Of a stretch of DNA of 64,000 bases, positions 39,973 to 50,923 are shown one piece after another; within the stretch, counting starts at the first letter, position 1; each line of letters starts with the position of its first letter. Source of the DNA: Takakia lepidozioides. Lineage: Eukaryota > Plantae > Bryophyta. The stretch covers positions 19,840,001-19,904,000 of the forward strand of contig CM060734.1 of the NCBI GenBank assembly GCA_030704615.1, given 5' to 3'. The notes beneath the pieces are model-generated. The model saw only the letters and a program-made list of their open reading frames with translations, had not been told where the DNA came from and ran no database searches. The position numbers and the translations under genes are program-made.

Positions 39973-40790
39973 AAGATTGTGGAAGTAAGGGCAGCTCATG
40001 TGCCACGCTTACAATATGGATCTTTTGATGTGGAGATAGAGTTGCTTTATGCTCGCATGGCCCTCCAAGTCACAGAGGTTCTTCGCCCATTTCTTTCATT
40101 TGCTGAATATATCATTGAGAACAAGGCACATAACATGCTAGCCTTAATGTTGGATCCACGGTTCAAAGGCTTACAGTGCATTACTGATTACATTGGTAGG
40201 ATGTCAACTGAACGTTTGGTGCAAGAATATGATTCAGTTGTATTGCTGCCACTATTGACCACAGTGATTGAGCACTTGAACCCTAAAGGTGGCACAGCTC
40301 CGCATCCACCCACTCCTGAGCTACCCTCACATGGATTGTTTGGTAGGGCTGCCTCCACTGAGGAGGCCAGTGAGGGCTTGTTGAAGGCTGAGCTTTCTTC
40401 ATTCCGACGCTTTCCATTGATAATGAGGAGAAACTGGATCCAATGAAATGGTGGTTTGAGCATGAGACAAGGTTCCCTAATGTTGGGTGGTTGGCTCGTC
40501 AAATTCTTGGAATACCTGGTTCTCAAATTGAGATGGAGAGAATTTTCTTTGTGGCAGGTGTGCTGACTGCTCTTAGACGATGTCATCTGGGGGTAGATAA
40601 TCTGGACAAATTGGTAATGGCTTACAAAAATTGGCCCAGTGATGCCCGTGTTGATTGTAAGCTAGTCGAAGCAGGAAAGTTCAAGGACTTCTTGGAGGAT
40701 GAGGACATACTAGTTGACGAGAACGAGGAGCTGATTGAGGAAGCAGGCTGTTTGAGAACGACGAGTAGGGGTAGGCTTGTGAACTTTGAA
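39973..40790 (+). pseudogene. hAT transposase C-terminal half (with hATC dimerisation domain), frameshifted
   Basis: HNMLALMLDPRFK, then WW..HETRFPNVGWLARQILGIPGSQIEMERIFFVAG..LGVDNLDKLV. Frameshift near 40420. Confidence 0.88.
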
Positions 40791-41561
40791 ATTATTATTT
40801 TTCTGCATTTTGGCTCAGTCTCCAGCTTTGAATGTATGTGGTTTAAATCTAGGATTTCTTTCTTGCAGGTGTTGGAGTGGTTGCTGACACGGAGTTGTTT
40901 GCAGTGCTGGAGTTTGGGCTGCATCAACAGATTTGATAAGTATTTTTAAACTGCTGATTGTTTATGTTTGATATTGACCAATGCTTATACTCCGCATCCA
41001 CTTGACCTTTGAGGTCTAACTTGGGTGTTTTTGTTCTCTTCACACGTGCGGAGTTTCAAGACACGGCACACCACCATCTATCACTTGAGGTGGAGATCAG
41101 CTACTGTACTTAGGCATCGCAAGAGTAGCCAACGTACCCAGTCACCTGCAGATTAGCCAGTGTTTGAGTGACCACAAATTTGCTTTTATTTTGGGATCCT
41201 CGGTTCCATTGCAATGTTGATTTTTTAGCCATGTCATCTGGTTTTTAACTTTGTTCATGCTGGTATTGGCGAGGACAAGAAATTGACAGCAAACCAAAGA
41301 GATTCTGGCATAGAGTAGAGTAGATCATTTGATAAGGTTCACATATGCATAACTCAACGGGAGAAATTTCGTAAGCTCATGGCAGTTCCTAATTTCAATT
41401 GCTTTGTTTCTATTTGTATCAGTGCTCTGTCGCATTCAGCATTAGTCTTTGTGGCTTGAAAGAAAAACAGCGGTAGTGTAAATAGTTATAAATGCAAGGC
41501 CAAAAGTTTCCATATGTATGCTACAATATTCAGTGTGTGTTTCTCTCAGTTTCGGTCCAGA

Positions 41562-42521
41562 GCCCTCTTCAAATCTATTTGCAGGTTTGTGCCTATTCCC
41601 CATCTACCAACTTCAAAAATCTCGAGGCTGGGCCAAGGCTCAACCCCTTTCACACTCTCGGCACTAGACTAATTTAAACTTAGGGCAGGATTAAGCCTAC
41701 CTTTCAGCAGCAAACATAATCAAAGAGGAAGGGGGATCGCAAATGCCCGTGAGAATCCATTCAGGGAATTATTCATGTGTCCCTATTTACCAACTTTGTA
41801 AATATGAACGCTAAGCCATAGGCCCATTCAGGACAGTCTTGGCTATAAACTGAATGTAAACTCCAAGCGGGAAGCCTACATTTGGACAGCAAACAGAAGT
41901 AGAGAGGAAAAGTGGATTGCCAATGCCCATGGTGTGGGCAACTTGAAGACAAATTTATTATTTATTTCCTGATTTTCTGTCCTAGGTATTCCCACAAGGG
42001 AGATGCCCTCTTCAAATCCATTTGCAGGTTTGTGCCTATACCCTATCTACCAACTTCAGAAATCTCGAGTCTAAGCCAAGGCTCAACCCCGGCCCCCTTT
42101 CACACTCTCGGCACTAGACTGAATTTAAACTTAGGGCAGGAAGCATACCTTTCAGCAGCAAACAGAATCAGAGGGGAAGGGGGATCGCAAATTCTCGTGA
42201 GAATCCATTTAGGGAATTGTTCACGTGCCCCTATTTACCAACTTTGTAAATCTGAAGGCTAAGCCAAAAGCCCAGGCCCATTCAGGTCAATCTTGGTTGT
42301 AAACTGAATGTAAACTCCAAGCGGGAAGCTGCATTTGGACAACAAACAGAAGTAGAGAGGAATAGTGGATTGCCAATGCCCGTGGTGTGGGCAACCTGAA
42401 GACATTATTATTCATATCCTAATTTAATGTCCTAGGTATTCTCACAAAGGAGACGCCCTCTTCAAATCCATTTGCAGGTTTGTGCCTACAATACGCTATC
42501 TACCAACTTCAAAAATCTCGA
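41562..42521 (+). repeat. ~445-bp tandem repeat (2.15 copies) derived from a LINE-like ORF2 C-terminus
   Basis: gccctcttcaaatc at 41562, 42005 and 42455. The unit encodes KLQAGSLHL...CPWCGQLEDK..FLIFCPRY, resembling the CCHC motif at the end of non-LTR ORF2. Confidence 0.65.
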
Positions 42522-43026
42522 ACAAAAGGTCCAGTGAGTAAGCTTACCGCATTGGCTTGGTTGAAAAGGGCTAATTCACGGGGCTCCACAACTGGTTGCT
42601 TGTGTTTACGGATTCGTTCCCACACAGTGCTGATCAATCCTGGCTACTGCTGCAGAGGTCTGCATTCACCCTCTTGCTTAAACTTATTGCGAGAGAATCC
42701 ACAAGCCCCTTTGGTGAAAAATGTACAGCAAGGCAGTTTTAAATGATGGGATTTTAGGTTACAGACTGGTCAAGTGACCCTGAATTACAATAAATCTCAG
42801 GGAGCTTGTACATGGCAAGCTAGATTGTAACTTAGTGCAAATAACTTTGAAAACTTAGTCAATAGATGTATCTCAGAAATCCTAATCTTCCAACAGATAT
42901 TCAGAAATCAATCACCAGTCCCTAACTACCAAGAATATGGTACACGTGTATATTTATTTAAAGATACTAAACCAGGTCATCAACCATAACAACAACCAAA
43001 ACTTACACTCACCGGAGTTTGCTAGG

Positions 43027-43143
43027 CATGCTTCCACATTTCGCGTTCATGTCAGCAAGGCCAGTCTCCAAATTTACATCCAGTGCAATCCCAGCTTTGA
43101 TGATGTCAGCATCAACCTCTTGCCTACTTACAGGGCTCCCAGG
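43027..43143 (-). pseudogene. Second PPR fragment
   Basis: My translation PGSPVSRQEVDADIIKAGIALDVNLETGLADMNAKCGSM parallels PGALKKGREVHGDIVKSGIVPDVILNT..MYAKCGCI of the first fragment. Confidence 0.65.
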
Positions 43144-43849
43144 TCAACCCTCCTTTTTGCTGTCATTTCATAACAGGAGCCAAGAGCCCACATTTGCAGG
43201 ATGGACTAACTTCTTCACATGGTACATTAAGAAAAAGCCACACCTTGTGATTGCGGTTGTCCCACCATGATCGTGAAGGATCTTTACAAACTCATGCCAG
43301 CTCTGCTCCGTGCCGAGTCTGATGAGAGGGCAAAACAGGCTGAAATAGGTCGAAGAAGAAGGTGCCCTCACCACTTTGTCCTCGCCCTTGTGTCATGACC
43401 CATGGAGGATTTGACTGACCATGAACCCAGGACCTTTTGTGTGTGCTACTTGTGTCTGTCGTCAGGTAATGTCGGATTGGTCTGTGAGAACCACCACGGT
43501 GCAGCTGAGCGGGCGTCGATTGAAACACGGATTGCCAGGACCAAGCTGACTCTCCCAAGAACCTTGTAAACATCAAGAAGAATACCACATCACGGTACTA
43601 ACATGAGCTAAGAGCCCATTGCGGTTGCGGTGCAGGTTGCGCTTCGCCCCGCATCAGTAGCTCAATGCAAAGCCTCCATCCCACGCCCTATCCTGCGATC
43701 ATCGTGTTCTATGACACAATAGCTCGATACTAAGAAACTGCGCAGGAGAAATAAGAAAAAAAAACTAAGTCCCAGCCCTCTAATGGGCAACCCTATAAGC
43801 AACTTTTTAAATTGTCTTAACCTTTTGGCTACCACGCTTGCACTAGAAG

Positions 43850-44104
43850 TCATTCCAACAACTATTTGGTGGTGAGCTCACACTGGTCAACCATCGTTGA
43901 CCAACCTTCCGGCTAGTGCGGAGCCATGCAATCATGACGAAGTCTACCAACGTAGTCACCCAAAGGACTTCGTAGTCACACAATCATTTCAACGACTACG
44001 TGAAGCCCCATTTGGTCCAAAAATACAGGGAAGTCATGGTCAAAGTCAGGAAAACCATGACTACCGCGGCCTGGCAGTCAGATATACTGCATTTTGTTGT
44101 AGTG
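43850..44104. mobile_element. Second CACTA terminus (...TGTTGTAGTG at 44095-44104)
   Basis: Minus strand reads AAG|CACTACAACA, exactly where the hAT N-terminal frame stops resembling transposase. TAGTCA/ATGAC subterminal motifs follow. Inner boundary is approximate. Confidence 0.8.
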
Positions 44105-45673
44105 CTTCCTCATCTCCGTCATGGTAGCCAAGCCAGCTGAGAGGGCATCTGAGAGCAGCCAGTAACCCCTTCGTTGGTTCAGAATGCATTGGTGCACTAC
44201 AGGTGTCAAAGTGTCATCCACAGCTCTGGCTATGGCCCATGTCCGCCCACTGGGAACCCTAGTTTGCAAAGCAGCAGATTGCCGCGTGTAGCAAATATTG
44301 ATGGCATTAGCATATGCCAACGTCTCCTGAAACATAATGACTTTCGATGCAAATCTTGTCTTGACAGGGGTCCTGAGTTTTCTCTTGGGCAGGCTTGCAT
44401 CCACACAGGCCTTCTCCCACTCCAACTTGCCCTTACCACTTTTCTTTGTCCAAGTGATGGTTTTTTGCAAGGTTGCCTGAGCCTCTTTCAAGCTGACCTC
44501 AATCATACCACCACTGACCTTCTCCTCATTTGTTGCGTATTGGCATGCCTTAGACATGGCATGCCCAAAGCAAGACCCTGGATAGGGCTCTGACAGCTTC
44601 AAAGGATCACATTTCACCACTGAAGTTAGGGCAGATTGCAAAGTCGCAAGGTTAGCCCCTTCATCTTTTACATAAGCTATCACCTTGTCTGATAGCTTGA
44701 ATTGAGCCAGCAGAGCTTTCACTTGGGCTGCAAGAGCAAGTCCAGATGTATCTGGAGCTTCAAAAATACCAACTGTAATATGGCATGGACACCAAAACTT
44801 GTTGATAAAGTTTACCACAAGTGCAAAGGTATCATGCCCTGATCTTGACATCCACAAGTCAAAGGAGCAAGACACGGTGGATGCAGAGGCTATGGCAGGT
44901 AAAACATATGTTTCCATCGTTTTCTTGAACAAAGCAGGTAGATGGTCTTTCACAAGTTGTTTTCTGATAGGGAATACAGCCTGACCACACTATCTCATGA
45001 TTAATCTGCGGAGCCAAGGATTCTCAACAATTGACAGGGACATGTACCCTTTACAGACCAGAAGCACCAGATCTTCAATGAACCTCAGCTGGGCAGGATT
45101 ATCTTTCCTGTATGGCCTATAACTGCCAAAGAACAATGTGATAGCACTCGGAGGCACAGACTGTCGTTTTTTGGTTTTCTAACGTTTATTGCTACCTTGA
45201 TCTACAACAGCTTGCCAGTGGGCTTTGTATTTTGCAAGATCAGATCCATGCTCATTAGAGACATGTTTCTTCATTGCAGTTATGCCATGATCTGGATTGT
45301 AGTTTACAAAGCCTTTTCTGGTTCTGGTTCAGTTACTAGAGCTGTGAGCATTCTCCACTGAATGTCACATAATGCACCTCATCAATTGTGTCTCATTCAT
45401 CTCTACCTTAGCACTTGCATCGTTCGGGACAAAAAACACCCAACACTCAGAACCTCTATGATATGGGAGCCAAAATCCCTAATTGGCGACCAAAACTTGC
45501 AAGCGCTGGCACCACAGAGCCTCCTCCTCGGCAATTCGGTCCTCTTCTGCCTGATCACCAACTTGCAGGACCTCCTCGCTTGTCACGCCTGTCTCCAAGT
45601 CCTCTACATCCTCCCCAGTAGATAGCGACAGTGTTTCAATCTCACTGATCTCTAACGCATTGAAGAAATCCAT
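44105..45673 (-). pseudogene. hAT transposase N-terminal half (BED zinc finger + first catalytic region), with stops
   Basis: CWVFF...RCIM*H...ITAMKKHVSNEH (BED-like, ~45450-45250), then SCSFDLWMS, YVKDEGANL, CFGHAMSKA and PVKTRFAS in ORF 44078-44953. Confidence 0.88.
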
Positions 45674-46410
45674 CTCCCCTAGCTAACCTTGTCACAAAGT
45701 TGATGTGAATCCCATAAAACAAGCACTCAACACTCAACTGCATGTAACGAGCATAAAATATGGGCAAGAGGCTCAAAGCAATACCTAAATCGGCCTCCTT
45801 GCTTGATGTTGCATTGAAAGCCAACAAACCACCTTCATTGTGATCCCTTCCGCAGCCAAAACCAAAGCAAGAATCTCACAAAATCTGCCGCCATCTCTAG
45901 ATTACGCGCATTGATACCTGAACGGCAATACCACCAACCGAGTTCCAGCGAAAAAAACAAGTAACAACATCAACAAAGGTGAGCCGAGACCCAGCGTAGC
46001 TACGGCGTGAGCCCAGCCCCGTGAGCCTGGGAGCTGAGCTCACGTTCAAGCTTTGAAGCGTGAGCTGAGCTCACGCTTCAGGGAAGCGTGAGCGGCATGA
46101 ATCTGCTGGAGAAGCAGGTCCTATAGGCGAGGATTGCAGGAAGAGGGCCTATTACCGTGGACAAAACAAAGGAGGCCACCATGCACCATGTCTGCAATGC
46201 GTGCCAAAAAAGAGGAATATGTAAACATGGCAGATTTGAGCTCAGAATGATTGACACAGTTTATTTCAATTCACAGAGAGACGCTTACAATGAATCGCAA
46301 GTGCATTTGCCCTCACAAGTGAACGAAATGTATATGTTTGTCATAAAATGAAAAGTCTTCACACGGCAACCTGGAAACCAGCATGGGAAGCGGGCATGGC
46401 TCGTATGTGT

Positions 46411-49400
46411 TCAAAGAGAAGTTGGCGGAGCTCTACGCGAGGTGTCCCGCTGCAGAAGGGTGATGACTTCTCCGTAGCCTAGTGTGGCTTGGTGAATGAA
46501 TTGGTCTCTCTTACCGTCGCAACACATAATTACAAGGTATATGTAATATTGATGCTTGCAGGGGACCCACTTCCCTCTCATGCCGAGAGCGCCCTCACGC
46601 ATCGTTACAAAATCCGGACAAGTGCACGATGGGAAATTCCCAATGGTAACTTGATATTCTTTGGCATGAAGAACTGAGCCAATTGACAGCACTGTGTAAA
46701 TCCGTCCATACCCCGGGGAAGGGACTTCGGTGATACGAGTCACCGTAGCCTGCAAAATTCTAGCCGATTCCATCTTGCATTCGTGATCTGCACCCGAAGC
46801 AACACGGCGCACTGTTTTTCCATCTCTTTTTGTTGGGTGGGAGTCGGCACCGGGTGGAGGCATTGTCGGAGCATGTGGCACATCTGTGCCGACAGTGCAT
46901 AAGGGCACCACCCGGGACCGTGCAAGACAAAACCCTCCCTCCTCCAGCATGCTTATCTCGGTTGAGGACAGCGATGTCCCAATTTTCACAGGCCAAATTG
47001 CGGGGGGAGGGGGCTTCATTATCACGGAAGGACGAACTGTTCCCTTCACGCATCGTGCCATATCGTCTGGGCAGAACCAAAACTTGTGTTCTTTTGACTC
47101 CCCACTATGGTAAGGTCGGAACAACCCTGTGAATGTTGGAGCTGGAGTCCCCCTGGAGCCTTTGCATATTTTTGATTTGCATTTCTTGAAAGAGGGGGTC
47201 CGAATTGCCATGCAAGCCACTCTAGATCCTGGTGGGGTGCGTTCTATATGCCAGTCACTATCAATGCAATCAGATTCCTGCACCATGGCCACCACCTCCT
47301 CCAATGGGATTTCCGCTGCTATGCTTGCATGTTCTGCACCTGCTCCACAGGAGGAGGACCCACCTGGGAAGGGGCCGGCACAGGACTTAGTCTGCACTGG
47401 AGACACCTTTGGCACAGAGAAATTGACCCTGTCTGGCCTATGGGAATCTCCATCTGACCCTGGAAGAGTGTTTAATTTCCTTTTGCATGATCCAAATCTT
47501 TCCTCGCCTTCCAAATGGGGGAGCCTGGATTGCAGAGGGGAGCCTTCAGTGCACCTGTTTAGAGCTCTGGCCATCTTTGACGGGTCTCCGGACCTACTCG
47601 CAGCCCTTAGCATCAACAAAGTCGAATCGGGGCCCTTCCCTCCACCCCGTCCCATCAGAAAATTGCGGTACCTGGTTTGTTGTGTAAGTGCCCGCACCAT
47701 GTCATCAGCAGTGGCCACATACAAGTCACGACCTGCTTTGGTAGACTGTTGCATCCAGGCGTTGTGAACAGTCTCTGCCAAATTACACGATGGCATGTCG
47801 GCCAAGTCCTCCAAGGACATGTCCTGCAGGAGGCATTGCATGGAAATGTGAGGAAGGAAAAGAAATGGTAGAGGTTCTTCAAGTGACAATCGAACAACCC
47901 CAAATGAACAGGCACGATGCAAAGTGCAATTTGTGTTTAAGGAAAACTTGTGAGGCTTACCGTCGTCATGAAAGCTCCCCACTGTCTGTACCTGAAGTGC
48001 CAGAAAACCAACCAGTCCTCCAACTCCTTCAGGTGGATACCTGTAGCAGCACCAGCGGAGAACCACCAAGCCCGGATTGCCTGGTAAGTGCTCTCAGCTT
48101 CTCCCATTGAGGTGGCATTCTTGTACTTCAGACAGAGCCTTCTATGCTCCAACTGAAGGTCAGGGCGAATGCAGCGCTTTGTATGACGTGCCAGAGATTG
48201 ACTCCAATGGAAGAGGCATGTGCGCTCCCTATTTTCCATGGGGACCTTAGGATCCCCAGAACCAAACACGCGCCGCACTGCATTGAAATTTGTCTGTGCA
48301 CTATCAGCCATGAAGCCCGCAAAATTTGTGTTCTGTATTCCATTGCGCTGCATGACGGTCAGGAGGGAATTCCACATGAGCATCTGGGATTCAGTGTCCT
48401 CCGACTGCATATCACAAATTGCTATGGAGAGCACACGCTGGTACGCTGGATCATACACATGGCACGCCATGGTTGTCCAACCCTTCACCCGTTTGCAGTG
48501 ATCAAACATTAACCAACATTTAGCCAAATCTCCTCCAGGTTGCATTCGGCGGACAATGCTCACACCACTGCCTTGGCCCACAGCGGACATCTTGAACAAA
48601 TACACTTTGGACGAGCCCTGGCCAGGGAAGATACTGTTTTGAATGAATTCATAGCGACTCCTCCGTTTGAGGTCCATAATGTTGTCCATGAATCCAGCAG
48701 TGCCTGTGCCCATTCTGAGTGCATTCACCTGGTTTCGAATATTGGGAGAGCTCAACACGGAGAAATGGTCCATGACTGCCTCAAGGGAATCTGCATCCAG
48801 CATTGGCTGTGTCGCATCCCCTTCACCCAGTATGTGTTTTTCCAGGAATGCCTTGCTAGCTGCAAGCGCTATAGCAGAAGGTGTTGCAGAAGGGGCATTA
48901 TGGAACTCTTGCTTCAGTAGATTTCTAGCGATGTCCACGCTATCCCTGCAACTCCCTTTGGACACAGGATGCTCGTGTGCACCCATATGAATGCAGGCAC
49001 GAGTCATTGTCTTGCATCGATGTGCCACCTGATACATACGAGCGTGGCAAACAGAAACACAGGACGGGGAAAGTTTGCAGAACCTGCACACAAAAGTATT
49101 GGTCTTGGGAGGTGCAAGCCCTGGGGTGAAAGGATTCAGGGGCACACCTTCCCACTCACTTTCGTTTGGCTGAGCGCTGTTTCTCAGCCGAGGGCAAGAA
49201 ATATTCAGGCACTTGCAATGCCCAACGCAAACCGACCTCCGAAATTTCAAGCCAATGTCGTTATGGATGTTCGAAGTTTTTGTCCTGCACCAAGGATGTC
49301 CGTCATGTTTCTTGTCCATGCCCTGCAGAAGCCCAGCCAGTCCACTGGAAGACGTGGGAGGGTTGAGCTCAAACAAGATGTCCCCATCAAACTGAGCTGG

Positions 49401-49982
49401 CACGTATTGAACCCGTTGCACTGGAAGGGACTCCCAATCAACAAAACGTAGCTCGCTCTTGCACCCAGGCACACCTGCGAGGGCTTTCAATTTTGGAATG
49501 ACACTTGTTATCTCTTGCAATTCGTCATCATCCAATAAGGGAGTTTGCACTGGCGGAGGAATCTCAGAAACATCCTCCGAGGACGAGTCCGAAAGAGTAA
49601 CGAAGGTAGTGGATGTGCTCACCTCTTGTTTCACAGGAACTGTGCCCTTCTGTTGCACGACCGATGCTGCAGTGCCAGGGGTAACGACTGATCCTGCTGA
49701 TTGTCTTCTCTCTTTTCCAAGGACACGGTATGTTCCTGGAAGGACTCTCCACTTCCTTCCACACTCGCCAACCAAGGGTTTCTCCAAGTGCCCAGAATCC
49801 AAATTCCCATCCTCGTCATACACCTCTTTCTGAACAAGCAGAGAACCCAACTCCAGCGGGAACACTGTAACCAGCTCATCCTCATGAACAACTGCATACC
49901 CATCGTCGTCTGCAGTGGCAGTCAGTGGAAGAGTACCTGCATTGGAATGGAATCGAGCGAGTGCATCTCGCTCCCTCGACAT
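46411..49982 (-). CDS. MULE-type DDE transposase with GCM-like N-terminal zinc domain and C-terminal SWIM finger, ~1144 aa, 2 exons, apparently intact
   Basis: Exons 49982-47961 and 47823-46411, with a phase-0 GTAAG..CAG intron. GCM-like DGHPWCRTKTSN..RSVCVGHCKC..C..C..C..GAHEHP; DDE residues WLMFD, GFMADSA and NLAETVH with the MULE CxxH (CLFHW); SWIM CTC..CKH. The start codon is inferred (ORF is open to 50405). Confidence 0.85.
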
Positions 49983-50923
49983 GTTTTCCAGCACTGAACG
50001 AAACTGCCGATTCAGAACGGAATCCCCGAACTGAGAGCCCGTAATTATCGAAAGTGGAAATACCACCAGCAAACTGAGGTCAACAAGGCTAGCACCAAAC
50101 CAAAGGCTGCCGGCGATGCATGCCAAGGATGTAGGGACGACGTGCACCTTCACCTCCCACCAACCAGAAAAACCGTTTTGAAAGACCAGAGCCACAAGAA
50201 GCCGTACTGTTTTTGGATGGAAAACAAACCCTGAAAATGACATGAAACCATCCATTATGAAATGACGGCAACAACCCTGGAGAGCAGTAAATAGGAAGAT
50301 CCGATTGTAATGAGATTGTGTTGCGCCAGAATAGCACAGAACAAACACCGACACTCCAAGAGATACCTCGCACGAATGTGTGCAACACATGGTCATATCC
50401 GACACAATCCTTTATACCGAATGACCCCATGGGGACGGTCACGGCATAAAAAAAACCACAGGGCATGCAGTACAACACACGTGGATGCATATGTGAAGCA
50501 TAACAATTATTGCGAATCTGGAAGAACTGCTCGGAATTGAAAAAGCACTACATTTCTACGGCGCATTCGAATTTGAAAGAAGGCAAGGAGGCCGCCATGT
50601 ATTGGCAGGCGGCGAAGTACATCTGACATATATCGCAAATGCATGCAACGGATGTTCTTTTTCTTCGGCGCTTTATTAGCTGGGTAATACAAAGACGACA
50701 AAATGGATGAATTCCGTTCGCACACAATATCAACACCCGCATCCAAATACGGTTGACAACGTCCATTTTTATTTTTGTTACATGCGATACCAGCACTTGT
50801 TGCAAACGTCAAACTGGAGAGCTCCAGGGGCATCGTGGGGAGCCCTTGTTTCCAGCGGAGGAGAAAGAGAAGGAAGTCATTATACTTCACGAGTTCTAGA
50901 AACAGGAATAGAGCTAGATATAG

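Noticed and set aside
49983-50405. Hydrophobic 141-aa N-terminal extension of the 822-aa ORF
   Set aside because: Begins at a non-ATG codon in the ORF track, has no domain features and looks like UTR/intron. Start placed at 49982.
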